Positions 50,019 to 63,629 of a stretch of 64,000 bases of DNA are shown in pieces. The stretch is from Octopus vulgaris (lineage: Eukaryota). The first letter of the stretch is position 1; the number at the start of each line of letters is the position of its first letter. The position numbers were made by a program, and so were the translations under genes. Under the pieces are notes generated by a model. The model ran no database searches. It had not been told where the DNA came from and saw only the letters and a list, made by a program, of their open reading frames with translations. The DNA lies in assembly GCA_951406725.2 (NCBI GenBank), contig OX597835.1, positions 3,968,001 through 4,032,000 on the forward strand, in the 5' to 3' direction.

Positions 50019-50705
50019 ACACACATCTTTTATCTTGTATCTTTCACTTGTTTCACTCATTAGACTGTGGCCATGCTGGAGCACTGCCTTAAAGGGTTTT
50101 TTACAGTCGATCAAATCGACCCCATGAGTTATTCTTTTTTTAAGCCTGGCACATACTCCATCGGTCTCCTTTGCTGAACCACTAAGTTACGGGGACAAAA
50201 AGACACCAGCACCAGTTGTCACTCAGTGGTGGGGAACAAGCACAGACACAAAGACAAACACACACATAAATGTACACACACACACACACACATAAATGTA
50301 CACACACACATAAATGTACACACGCACACACACACATAAATGTACACACACACACACATAAATGTACACACACACACACATAAATGTACACACACACACA
50401 CACATAAATGTACACACGCACACACACATAAATGTACACACACACACACACACACATGAAACCCCTCGATCGAGCAACACTGTTTACAAGGCTCTATGCT
50501 TGCAATGACCAAATATAACTACCATTGGAACTCACACACCAAGTACAGGACCACTTCTTCACCTCTTATATACACCATTCTACTTGAATAACGGAACTGC
50601 AAATACAATATCCTTATTTATCTCACTTCTATTTTCATTCTCTCACTTCCTTCTGTATTTCATATCTTCTCTACAATAATTAATACTCAGACATTTTCTC
50701 ACACC

Positions 50706-50753
50706 GTCTCTGAAGAAGGGATATATAAAATATCCCAGAAACAGCTGTAAGAC
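50706..50753 (+). ncRNA. Minimal type I hammerhead ribozyme motif in a Penelope-like pLTR context
   Basis: gtct-CTGAAGA-a-GGGATAT(ataaa)ATATCCC-a-GAAA-CAGCTG-TA-agac; intact core, GUA site, palindromic stem III loop, AATAAA about 10 nt downstream. Confidence 0.65.
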
Positions 50754-50847
50754 ATTTTCTTAATAAATGTCCTGAAAACTATTCAGAGCCTTGGATTTTT
50801 TACCTCATTCTGTCAATTTATATATATACATATATATATATATATAT

Positions 50848-50864
50848 AGATAGATAGATAGATT

Positions 50865-50913
<49 letters not shown>

Positions 50914-50914
50914 G

Positions 50915-50971
<57 letters not shown>

Positions 50972-50972
50972 T

Positions 50973-51032
<60 letters not shown>

Positions 51033-51170
51033 TATAGATAGGTAGATAGATAGATAGATAGATATAGATAGATATTTAGATAGATATTTAGATAGATAGA
51101 CAGACAGACAGGCAGACAGACAGACAGACAGACAGACAGGCAGGCAGACAGGTAGGCAGACAGACAGATA
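50848..51170. repeat. (GATA)n/(GACA)n microsatellite
   Basis: Direct inspection. Confidence 0.97.
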
Positions 51171-52248
51171 CGACATGCTTCTATCATTTTCCGTCTACCA
51201 AATCCACCCAGGAGTGTGTGTGTCTTTGTGTCTGTGGTTGTCCCCCACCACAGCTTAAAAACAATCGTTGACCTGTTTACCTCTCCCGTAACTTAGCAGT
51301 TCGGCAACAGAGAGCAATAGAACAAGTACCAGACTTTACAAAAAAAAAAAAATAAAATAAGTACTGGAGTCGATTCGTTCGACTAAAATTCTTGAAGGTG
51401 GTGCCCCAGCATGGCCATATTACCGAAACAGGTAAAAGATAAAAGATAAAGGATAATCGAGTAATTTATTGATGTTAATGGATTAGGAGAAAGCGGAGGA
51501 GAGAGAGAGTGTAAGTGCGTGTCTGTATGTATAATGTATAGCAGCTTTAATGATGCAACGTTTACACAGTTGGTCTTCCGTAGTATTCGAAAGGCGCCGT
51601 CTTCTCTTGAAATATACAACCGTATTTGGTCATAAGACTACCAAAGACCACGTGGTTTCAACTGGGAAGCAATAATTGTGGTGACACTCCACTCTGACTC
51701 TGCGATCTGTGACCCAGATTGGAGGCGGCAGCGGAGGCGGTGGCGGCGGCGGCGGCTTTCCCTTGTCATACGAGATGGAATCTCAGCTGTGATGACGGCG
51801 CTGCCGCCGCCGCTGGTGGTGCTTGCTTATTGTTATGATGTAAGTTACGAGGGTCTTGGAGTTATGATGTAAGTTACGATGATGGCGGTGGTGGTGGTGG
51901 CGGTGGTGGTTTATGCGATAGCAGACGTCATTGTCTGAATGGTGATAATGGTGATGATGGTGATGATGATGATGGTGATGGTATTGTTTACTTCCTCTTC
52001 CTCCACAAGGCAGGCAGGCAGGTTGATCGAAAGGCGTTCCAGCCACAACCATTCCATCCTAAGTTACGTTGATATATGCTTTGCGGTATTCTTTCCATCT
52101 CTCTCTCTCCTCTGTCTGTCTGTCTGCCTGTCTGTCTCTCTCTCTCTCTCTCTCTGTCTTTCCCACTCCCCCTCTTACGTGTTCGAATCTCATCGAAGTC
52201 ACCTTCGATTTTGATCCTTCGACGTCGATAAACAAAGCGCCAGTTCCA

Positions 52249-52272
52249 ATCATCATCATCATCACCACCACT

Positions 52273-52315
<43 letters not shown>

Positions 52316-52614
52316 CCATCATCACCACCATCATTATCACCACCACTATCATCATCATCATCATCACCATCATCACCACCACCACTATCATCATCATCAT
52401 CATCATCATCATCACCATCATCATCACCACCATTATCATCATCATCATCATCATCACCATCATCACCACCACCACTATCATCATCATCATCATCATCATC
52501 ATCACCATCATCATCACCACCACTATCATCATCATCATCATCATCACCATCATCACCACCACCACTATCATCATCATCATCATCATCATCATCACCATCA
52601 TCATCACCACCACT

Positions 52615-52648
<34 letters not shown>

Positions 52649-52720
52649 CCATCATCACCATCATCACCACCACCACTATCATCATCATCATTAGCATCAT
52701 CATCATCATCATCATCATCT
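52249..52720. repeat. (CAT/CAC)n trinucleotide array with higher-order structure
   Basis: Direct inspection. Confidence 0.97.
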
Positions 52721-53219
52721 TCTTCATCCCCCCTCTCTCTCCCTCTCTTATCGTGTTTAGATCTGGAGAGGTCTGGGTTCCACCAGTCTTAAAATATCCA
52801 AGAATCACCAAACATCCCGACGACGTCCTCATGATTCTATCAGGTGGTAAGGGATTTCGCCACCACATATCCGCTTTTAAGACGCTAAATTATAATCAAA
52901 TGAAGAATCGGCTGCTATTTCTAGCCTGTCGAACGACTACTTAAGGGTAGAAGTTCCCTTGTTTAACACCAGGTCAGCTGCGATCGATCTGTCATCACCA
53001 TCACAGCATTTTTTTCAGAGACAGGGGAGGAAGGCCTGGATATGAAGGCGGTCAAGGTGTCGTCTAGGTGGGGTGGTAGGCAATATGACTGTTGAAAAGA
53101 CAAGAAGAGATGAGTGCGCGAGGAATTCCTGAATGGAAGTGGCTGGAAAGGGGCCAACTTTGAAGATCACAAGTTGTGATCAAAACAGCAGAGAGGACAC
53201 TGTAAGGGTCAGTTTGTGA

Positions 53220-53826
53220 AGGCAGCGAGCTGGCAGAAACGTTAGCACGCGGGACGAAATGCTTAGTGGTATTTCGTCTGCCGTTATGATCTGGGCTCAA
53301 ATTCCGCCGAGCTCGACTTTGCCTTTCATCCGTTCGGGGTCGATTAAATAAGTACCAGTTACACACTGGGGTTGATGTAATTGACTTAATCCGTGTGTCT
53401 GTCATTGTTTGTCCTCTCTGTGTTTTACCCCTTGTGGGTAGTAAAGAAATAGGTATTTTGTCTGCCTTTATGTTCTGAGTTCAAATTCCACCGAGGTCGA
53501 CTTTATCTTTCATCCTTTCAGGGTCGATTAAATAAGTACCAGCTATGAACTGGGGTCAATATAATCGACTTAATCCGTTTGTCTGTCCTTGTTTGTCCCC
53601 TGTGTGTTTAGCCCCTTGTGGGCAGTAAAGAAATAGGTATTTCACCTTTCGTCAGCCGTTATGTTCTGAGTTCAAATTCCGCCGAGGTAGACTTTGCCTT
53701 TCGTCCTTTCAGAGTCGATTAAAAAATACCAGTTAACCACTGGGGTCGATGTAATCGACTTAATCCGTGTGTCTGTCCTTGTTTGTCCCCTCTGTGTTTA
53801 GCCCCTTGTGGGTAGTAAAGAAATAG
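53220..53826 (+). mobile_element. Head-to-tail trimer of SINE family B
   Basis: One full unit followed by two head-less units joined at AAAGAAATA|GGTATTT. Confidence 0.85.
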
Positions 53827-54533
53827 GTTTGTGGAGTTATAGACAGGGTGCATAGATGAGTGTTCTCATTGTTTTTGCTGTCGGGAGGGAGGCCTTTGCT
53901 GACCTTTACATTGTTCATGTTGTTGATGTTTAATGCTAAGCTTCTCTTCTAGGAACAGATTTAAACCCTTTGGAATTCAGATTGTTGCAGTGGGGACATA
54001 GGGGATGGGGGTCAATAAAGTGCTGCACTAGGGAAGTAGATTGGCAAAACTGTTAGGGCATCAGATTAAAATACCTTCTGGTATTTGTTCTATTTCTATG
54101 CGTTCAGAGTTGATACATGGTTGACTTCATCCATTGCCCACCACCACCACCACCACCACTTGGTCCTTGAGTAGCTTTAGCAGAGTTCTCTCTGATGAAA
54201 GAACTATAGGCCAGGTTTAGGCTCAAAGGACAACTTTCATATTTCATGTGGCAAACACAGAGGAACAAGCTTGAACAGGAGACAAACAAGACAAGCATGG
54301 ACAGACAAAGGGATTAAGTCGATTACATCGACCCCAGTGCGTAACTGGTACTTGTTTAATTGACCCCGAAAGGATGAAAGTCAAAGTTGACCTTGACGGA
54401 ATTTGAACTCAGAACATAGCGGCAGACAAAATACTACTAAGCGTTTTGCCCGGCATGCTAACAATTCTGCCAACTCACCAACTTGTCCCATTCTTATTCT
54501 AGAAACAATACTTTCAGAACCTCCTCCACCAAT

Positions 54534-54574
54534 GGGTTAGGGTTAGGGTTAGGGGTTAGGGGTTAGGGTTAGGG
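54534..54574 (+). repeat. Short interstitial (TTAGGG)n-like tract
   Basis: About 6 units including TTAGGGG variants. Confidence 0.8.
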
Positions 54575-54943
54575 TAACAGAAACTATCTATGATATCAAG
54601 AGAGCCTCTTGGGCATTTAGGAGAATCTAATTCCCATGTGTCCCTTGTGGGGAAAAAAAAACATTGTTCCCTTAAATTTTGAGAGGAATCCCTTTCCTGG
54701 AGACCATGATAGCAGACTTATTTCATCTTACGAAAATTCTGCCAAAGGACCTGATTATATGATCCTACAAAAGGGATTAAACCATCAGGACAGTGATAAG
54801 ATCACCAGAAAAGTTAGAAACGGCAGCCAAATCTCCCTCAAAATCATTTTCTACTGTCATAAAAAAAACAGAAGATTCTCCATGTCTGGAAAAACAAGGC
54901 AGGGTGGCCATGACTGGAACATAGGTCTGTTGGATCAGAGTTC

Positions 54944-55042
54944 ACCACCACCACCACCCCTGCCACCACCACCACCACCACCACCACCACTACTACTACT
55001 ACCACCACCACCACCACCACCACCACCACCACCACCACCACC

Positions 55043-55083
<41 letters not shown>
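54944..55083. repeat. (CAC)n/(CTA)n microsatellite
   Basis: Direct inspection. Confidence 0.95.
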
Positions 55084-55479
55084 AGATGTTATGAACAGTG
55101 TCCAAGAATCTCAAATATTTTTTATCGAGATTACAAAGATAGGCAAAACCTGGAATAATGTCAAGGTCAATACGGCCTGACCTCTCTGATTCCATTAATG
55201 GCTCAAGTGTTCTAAGGTTATAAAATGCCATCTTTGTTCCATTCCTCGGCAAACCATACGCAAAGGTTACGTATTTTTAACATCTTCAAGCTTACCAATA
55301 TAACTTTAAGTCGATCAGTTTCAAACTATATTCTATGCGTATACACTCATAAATATAGACATATACGTATTTATGTGTGTGTGTGTGTGTGTGTGTGTAG
55401 CTATGCACATACACATAATATACATTAAAATATTCTTATATAATATATGCATAAAGTTAACATGTATAATACATGTATA

Positions 55480-55643
55480 AGGCGCAGGCATGGCTGTGTG
55501 GTAAGAAGCTTGCTTCCCAACCATATGGTTCTGAGTTCAGTCCCACTGCATGGTACCTTGGGCAAGTGTCTTCTACTATAGCCTTGGGCCGACCAAAACC
55601 TTGTGAGTAGATTTGATAGATGGAAACTGAAAAATGCTTATCA

Positions 55644-55731
<88 letters not shown>

Positions 55732-56310
55732 AGGAGTGGCTGTGTGGTAAGTAGCTTGCTAATCAACCACATGGTTCCTGGTTCAGTCTGCGTGGCATCT
55801 TGGGCAAGTGTCTTCTACTATAGCCTCAGGCCAACCAAAGCCTTGTGAGTGGATTTGGTAGACGGAAACTGAAAGAAGCCCGTCGTATATATGTATGTGT
55901 GTGTGTATATGTTTGTGTGTCTGTGTTTGTCCCCCTAGCATTGCTTGACAACCGATGCTGGTGTGTTTACGTCGCTGTCACTTAGCGGTCGGCAAAAAGA
56001 ACCAAATAAGTACTGGGTTACAAAGAATAATCCGGGGTCGATTTGCTCGACTAAAGGTGGTACTCCAGCATGGCCGCAGTCAAATGACTGAAACCAGTAA
56101 AAGAGTAAAAGAGTATATATAAATACATATACTCTTTTATTTGTTTCAGTCATTTGACTGCAGCCATACTGGAGCACCGCCCTTAGTCGGACAAATCGAC
56201 CCTAGGACTTATTCTCTGTAAGCCTAGTACTTGTTTTATCGATCTCTTTTGCTGAACCACTAAGTTATTGGGAAATAAACACACCAACATCGGCTGTCAA
56301 GTGATGGCAT
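55480..56310 (+). mobile_element. SINE family A cluster (head, (TCTA)n, full copy, inverted tail fragment)
   Basis: Match to 37259-37671. Confidence 0.8.
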
Positions 56311-57214
56311 CATTTATATGTACATATATATGTTGGTATTTATGTATGGAGGCACAATGGCCCAGTGGTTAGGGCAGTGGACTTGTGGTCTTAGGATCAC
56401 GGTTTCGATACCCAGACCAGGTGTTGTGAGTGTTTATTGAGCGAAAACACCTAAAGCTCCATGAGGCTCCAGCAGGGGGTGGTGGCGATCCCTGCTGTAC
56501 TCTTTCGCCACAACTTTCTCTCACTCTTTCTTCTGTTGGCCTGCTCGCTTAGCCAGCAGGGTGGGGTCATTTGAAGGCTAAAACAATGCAAAGCGCATTG
56601 TGACCAGCGATGTATAGCAACATCTGATAGCCTGGTCGGTCACGTGATTACGTGATGTATGTATACCATCATCATCATTACTTAATGTCCGTTTACCATG
56701 CTGGCATTGGGTTGGACGGTTTAACAGGAGCTGGCCAGCCAGGGAGTTGTCCAGACTCCAGATGTCTGTTGTGGCATGGTTTCTAAGGCTGGATGCCCTT
56801 CCTAACACCAACCATTTTACAGAGGGTGCTGGGTGCTACGCGCATACCACCAGCATGGGTGTGTCTACACAGCACCAACATGAGTGCATTCTACGTGGCA
56901 CCGACTCCTGTAACAGACAAGCCTGTATCTATGGATGACACCGATTTTATTTAGCCTGGTGTATCTTCTCAAGTGCAGCAAATCACCATAGCTTTTGGTC
57001 CCTTGTCATTTTCTTCGTGAGGCTCAACGTCTGAAGGTCCTTGTCCCACATCTTCCTGAGGCTACCCCTTCCATAGGTTCCTGCCACAATTAGAACTTGT
57101 GACATTTTTATGCAGCTGTCCTCATCCATACACCTCACATGACCATACCAGTGCACTCAAGGTAGAGCTATTCATTATATGACACAATGAATCACGGAAT
57201 GACAATCAGTGCAC

Positions 57215-57613
57215 ATTGGGACTCAAGTATCTGCCAAAGAAGCTTGAGAGGCGGTTGGATGGAACCTACACTCACCTCCTTATGAGAGCTCAAAATCTCT
57301 CGTGGAAGCGCCATCCAACCAAAATGCAAATATATGGGAAACTACCACCTGTGTCATCTCTTGTGAAAGGTAGGAGAGTCAGTTTGCTGGACATTGTTGT
57401 AGAGCTGAAAAAGAAGTAATTTCTACTCTTCTCCTCTGGAAGCCATCTACTCGCAATACCAGAGGGCGCACACTCTCCTACCCTGATGTAATCTCCAGGG
57501 ATACAGGCATCCAGCAACAGGACCTCCGTAATGCCATGATGGACCGTGAAGTCTGGCGTAACATAGTAAATTCCATTGTCTCGACCACGGTCGAACAATA
57601 ATGATGATGATGA
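57215..57613 (+). mobile_element. RTE/RTEX-like LINE 3' fragment (second family) with (GAT)n tail
   Basis: KKLERRLDGTYTHLLMRAQNLSWKRHPT..QIYGKLPPVS..V..RR, typical of the post-RT region. Confidence 0.7.
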
Positions 57614-58189
57614 TCTGCCAAAGACTTGTTTAGAAACCCAAGGTCAGTCAAAATGCAAAACTGGTGGCCAGGACAGATGTGACCTACCTTACAAAGAGTG
57701 ACCTATGGAAGGATCAATGGAGAATTAATTGGTTTGCAGTGTGTTCAATATATCTGATTGAACAATTGTCACAGGAAGAAAATATATCAATCATTTATAT
57801 TCTACAATAAAAAAAATCCACATTAACGAGCGAAGAAAATAAATATTGTGCTGGCCATTTCATGAGAAAGTAAATATTGATAATCAATAAAGAATAATGG
57901 ATTGAACTCAGCCATTTGTGGAAATGAGAATGAGCGGAATTGGTACAGTTCCAGGTATTAGTTTAATTAACCATAAAATAAAAGGTATACGATTGTAAAA
58001 CTTACACACACACACACACACACACTCATGTACACACACATGCATGAATGTGTGTGTGCATGTGTATGTATGTGTGTGCATGTGTATGTATGTGTGTGCA
58101 TAAGTAAAACTAAAAACATGGTGTAGTCACAAAAGGAACAACCATTAAAAGAGTTAAAGAGGGTATATATGAATGTCTGTGTGTATATA

Positions 58190-59375
58190 TCATCATCATC
58201 ATCATCACCATCATCACCATCATTTAACTTTTATTGGCCATGCTGGCATAGGTTGGATGGTTTGACCAGGGCTGGCAAGCAGGGAGGTTGCATCAGACAC
58301 CAATCTGTTTTGACGTGGTTTCAATGGTTGGATGTCCTTCCTAATGCCAACCACTCCGAGATTGTAATGGCTGCTTTTACGTGCCACTGGCACAAGTGCC
58401 ATTTGCATGACACTGGTATCTGCCACGACTGGTTTTACTTGGCTTGACGGGTCTTCTTCTTAAGCATGGCATAATGCCAAATGGACTCGGTCATTGCCTC
58501 CATGAGGCACAACACTCGAAGTACAGCATAATGCTAAATAGTTCCAGTCCTTGTCTGCCAATGCTCAAAAGGTGTTTTTACATGCCCCTGGCACAAGTGC
58601 CATTTGTGTGACAAAGGCGGCAAGCTGGCAGAAACGTTAGCACGCCGGGCGAAATGCTTAGCGGTATTTCATCTGCCGTTACGTTGTGAGTTCAAATTCC
58701 ACTGAGGTCGACTTTACCTTTCATCCTTTCGGGGTCGATAAATTAAGTACCAGTTACGCATTGGGCTCGATATAATCGACTTAATCCGTTTGTCTGTCCT
58801 TGTTTGTCCCCTCTATGTTTAGCCCCTTGTGGGTAATAAAGAAATGGGTATCTGCTATGACTGTGATTTTATTTGACTTGATGGGTCTTCTACTCAAACA
58901 CAACGCATTGCCAAAGATTTCAGTCATTGCCTCTGTGAAGCCCAACATTCAAAAGGAGCTCAACCACTCTACCTCTGTGAGGCCCAAAGCTCGAAAGGTA
59001 CTTTTTACAAGCTACCTGCATGGGTGCTGGTTCTGTGTCAGCAGCATCAGCAATGACTGATTTCACTTGGCATGATGGGTCCTCTCAAGCACAGCCCATT
59101 GCCAAAGGTCTCGGCCACTAGTCATTGCCTCTGTGAGGCCCAAAGTTCAGAGATCATGCTTCACCACCTCACCCCATATCTTCCTGGGTCTACCTCTACC
59201 ACAGGTTCTTTACACAGCTGTCCTCATCCATATGCATCACATGACCATACCAGTACATTCCTCTCTCTTGCACACCACATCTGATACCTCTTATGCTTAG
59301 CTTTTCTTTCATGATGCCTACACTCTGTTGAACATGCACACTGTCATTGCACATCCAGCAAAGCACACTGGCTTC
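58190..59375 (-). mobile_element. RTE LINE 3' portion with a nested family B SINE (58615-58845)
   Basis: Reverse-complement homolog of 9081-9994; another copy at about 56667-57155. Confidence 0.8.
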
Positions 59376-59671
59376 TTTTCCTAATTTATATATATATAAT
59401 GAAAATAAGCAACAAGGATATCCTTGTTGCTTATTTTGATTATAATCACCCCATTTGATTTATATAGATAATACCATACCAAATTCTGGTGCCTTTAACT
59501 TAAGTACCATATTCATCTGAATCTAAATTTTTGCTTATATACATATACATAGAGAGATAGAGAGTGAGAAAGAGAGAGAGAGAGAGAAAGGGAGGGAGAG
59601 AAAAATATATGCATACACACATATACACACATGCTCACGCACACGCACACACACACATACACACACACATG

Positions 59672-59703
<32 letters not shown>

Positions 59704-60692
59704 GGCATAAATTACTTCATTCAAATCACTTCAAAGTGATGTGGCGCAAGAGATTAAGGGACCAACAATGGCCAACACATTGACTCACACCTGAACAGGT
59801 GTGATAGACAATTAATTTATTGTTAGTATCGTTACTGCTGCTGCTGTTGTTTTTTGTTGTTGTTGTTGTTGTCATTGTCATTGTCGTTATTGTTTAATTA
59901 TCATAGAGTCTTGAGAGAAACACCAAACATTATTTACATCTAATTAAGACCAGCTTTCCCAGCTAACAAAGAACTAATTAATTCCACTGAACTCCTCTTG
60001 ACCTTGTGAGGGAACTACCACATGGTTGGCTGATCTGCAAGAAGTAGCAGACGTTTATCTCAAATCATTCTTTATTGTCTTCAAGAAACGAAGGACGTAA
60101 GAGAACAGTGTTCCAGAGGCACCACATTTATGAAAAACAAAGACAGGGTTGTCATAGCTGGAATGTCTACTTGGTTAGGGTTGACCTAGGGTTAAACAAC
60201 ACCAGCCTGAGTGGAGGCGCAATGGCACAGTGGCTAGGGCAACAGACTCATGGTTGTAAGAACGCGGTTTCGATTCCAAGACCGGGCATTGTGAGTGTTT
60301 ATTGAGCAAAAACACCTAAGCTCCACGAAGCTCCGGCGGGGGAAGGGTGATGATGAACCCCGCTGTACTCTTTCACCACAACTTTCCCTCACTCTTCTTC
60401 CTACTTCTGCCACAAAGCAGAGGAACCATGGTGTAACCCATTATGATGTGGTAAACTTTCAGACCCTAGTCTAGATTGCGAATCCTCTGTACCCTAGGAG
60501 GGTTCAGCTCTCCACCCGTAAAAAGCCACTTTTTACGGAATGAGGATAACAACGTAGCTTTCGCACCCGTGCAACCGCCAGTCTATCGTGTGTGGTGGGT
60601 GGATCTTCAAGTTACCACACGCATTCTTAATAGCTTAGAGTACGGCTCGAATTAGAGATTGTTCTTTGTGGCTAATGGCGTGAGGCCTGATT

Positions 60693-61130
60693 GGAAGAAG
60701 AAGAAGAAGAAGAAGAAGAAGAAGAAGAAGAAGAAGAAGAAGAAGAAGAAGAAGAAGAAGAAGAAGAAGAAGAAGAAGAAGAAGAAGAAGAAGAAGAAGA
60801 AGAAGAGAAGAAGAAGAAGAAGAAGAAGAAGAAGAAGAAGAAGAAGAAGGAGAAGAAGAAGAAGAAGAAGAAGAAGAAGAAGAAGAAGAAGAAGAAGAAG
60901 AAGAAGAAGAAGAAGAAGAAAAGAAGAAGAAGAAGAAGAAGAAGAAGAAGAAGAAGAAGAAGAAGAAGAAGAAGAAGAAGAAGAAGAAGAAGAAGAAGAA
61001 GAAGAAGAAGAAGAAGAAGAAGAAGAAGAAGAAGAAGAAGAAGAAGAAGAAGAAGAAGAAGAAGAAGAAGAAGAAGAAGAAGAAGAAGAAGAAGAAGAAG
61101 AAGAAGAAGGAGAAGACGACGACGACGACA
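60693..61130. repeat. Long (GAA)n microsatellite
   Basis: About 430 bp, nearly pure. Confidence 0.98.
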
Positions 61131-61689
61131 GCAAAAACAATAACAACACTATAAGGAAAACTGCAGTTCGGTACCTCTGTGTGGTGGCTCAACTGTTAGA
61201 AATAGCAGTCAAATGAAACATCATCTGCTTGAAATGTAACAAAATACCTTTTTGAAACCTTTTGTCTGATGTTCTGACAATTTTACCAATGAATGGCCTG
61301 GGCATCAGACAAATCTAGGTTTTGTCCCATCGTCTCTGCATTTCAAATTAAGGGTTTCTCGCTCCAGTGGAGAAATTGATATTTACATCAAACATCATTT
61401 CATATTTCAAACATTTATTTTCTAAAAGAATATTTACAGCAGTTGAAGATAAAGAAAATAAGATTCAAAAATAGACAATTCTTTAACAAGTCTCAAAGAC
61501 AGACTTTAAAACTGGAGAATACACACAACATAGAGGTCCTTTCGGAGAATATTCAAAAGAATCTAACACACACACACACACACACACACAAACATACATA
61601 TAGGTCCAAGAGTTTTGCAGATTGGCACAAGTGCCAATGCACAAAACACTTGGACCTTGAGTCACTCTGTTACTTCTACTAAATATTAA

Positions 61690-61695
61690 TATGCA

Positions 61696-61730
<35 letters not shown>

Positions 61731-62056
61731 GTGTGTATATGTGTGTGTATGTATATATATATTATATATATATAAGAATATGTTATATTTTTGTTGTTTC
61801 TTTTGTTGTTACTTTTTCTTATTATTATATGAATATATATATATATATATATATATGTATATGTGTATATACATATATATGTATGTATATAATATATATA
61901 TATATATATAATATATATATATGCATACACACATGCATATACACAGACACACACACACATACATATATAAATATATATGTATGTATATATATTTATATGT
62001 ATAGTTATATATATATATATGCATGCATATACATATATGTGTATATACACACATAC

Positions 62057-62087
<31 letters not shown>

Positions 62088-62096
62088 GCATATGCA

Positions 62097-62132
<36 letters not shown>

Positions 62133-62170
62133 AATATTTATAGACGTATAACATGTATATATGTATGTAT
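61690..62170. repeat. (TA)n/(TG)n low-complexity tract
   Basis: Direct inspection. Confidence 0.9.
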
Positions 62171-62869
62171 TGATTATTGATATGCAATGACAAAATCTAT
62201 TCACACCAGGATTCTACACACATCGAATATGATATTTATTGAAAGTCATGAATGATAACAAAACATTACTTTGAGCTGCCTCAGAATATATGGATATGTT
62301 ACACACACATTATATCTGATATTACATCATGCTATATCTCCACATATCACATGTATACTTCATGTAGCATACACTACCTCACACTACGTTATACTCTACT
62401 TCTATGTATCACATAGCATGGTTTATTATATTTTCTGATAGCGCTTACCACACGACACATGGTACTATACTCCCAGCTACATTATGACACATCCTACTAT
62501 ATTTATAGCTGCCACATGATGCATCATACTAGACATCAGCTTCATTTATAACCACATGGTTTATTATTTTGAGCTAATTCATATCACATTGAACACCAAA
62601 CTCTACCACATGGGACACATTGTACTGTTCTATTAACAGACTAACACCAACCATGTGGTAGCAGTAGACCACATGTGGTGGGGTGTCTACCTAATCCACC
62701 ACTTGTTTCTTTGAGTTCCTTCACCACTCTGTTGCAATTATTTTGACCAGATCCTTGTTTTTGGAGATCCTATCCTTTCCTTCGCCAGTTCTCAAGGCCC
62801 TGAAATGCATTATGGCCACCGACCTTCCTCCTCTCACCAAAACCATAAAAAAATAAATGAAATACAGTA

Positions 62870-63240
62870 TTATTAGCTGCCACATGTCATCTCATACAAT
62901 ATTTCAAGCTGCTACATGCTACACAATTCCATATTTCTAGCTGCCACATGTGACACCACCTTGTAATTATCCAGCTGCCACATGGTAGTCCCACACATTA
63001 TTTCTAGTTGCCACATGTCATATCACAATATTTCCAGCTGTCACATGTCACACCATTTTACATTTCTCGCTGCTACATGTTACACCATTTTATATTTCCA
63101 GCTGCTACATGTTCACACATGCTATATTTTCAGCTGCTCCCACCCTATATAACCTTTCCCACATGTAATATTTCTGGCTAACACAGATTCCTCATCACAT
63201 GGTTTCAGTACTCCCTGCCAACATGTTAAATATTTCTGAT
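62870..63240. repeat. Degenerate tandem repeat, about 33-bp unit (ATTTC.AGCTGCCACATGTCACACCA)
   Basis: GCTGCCACATG / GCTGCTACATG recurs about 8 times. Confidence 0.7.
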
Positions 63241-63596
63241 TATCAACGGAACTTTGTTACTCCAGTGAAATACTATGAATGCAATTTGTGAATTCAGCGA
63301 TTATGGGACCCTTCATGGGGGTCACATGATAACACACACTAATCCTTATAGTCTTAATTAGTGCCTGGAGTGACACAGACTTGAGTTGGCAATTATAGTT
63401 TTGTGTAAATGATTAGGGAATTTAAGAGAAATAGTTCCAAAGACTTGTCAGCAGAAGGAAATGTGTGTCAAGAAGAATGCCCTGTTGTAGAAAGCCGACT
63501 TCAACAAATAGGGTCTGACCCCTGCAGACTTGGGAAAGGGGACATTATAAAGATGCTGCTGCAGCTGCTGGTGGTGGAGGATAATGGTGATGGTGA

Positions 63597-63629
<33 letters not shown>

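Noticed and set aside
52059-52944. 269/291-aa ORFs (poly-M/V, poly-I/T)
   Set aside because: Translations of a (CAT/CAC)n microsatellite.
54534-54574. Telomere or chromosome fusion site
   Set aside because: Only about 6 imperfect units in one orientation; a short interstitial tract.
54636-55252. Proline-rich (formin-like) or glycine-rich protein
   Set aside because: Derived from a (CAC)n/(CTA)n microsatellite; flanks have no coding signature.
60635-61216. Poly-K/R/E or poly-F/S/L proteins
   Set aside because: Translations of (GAA)n.
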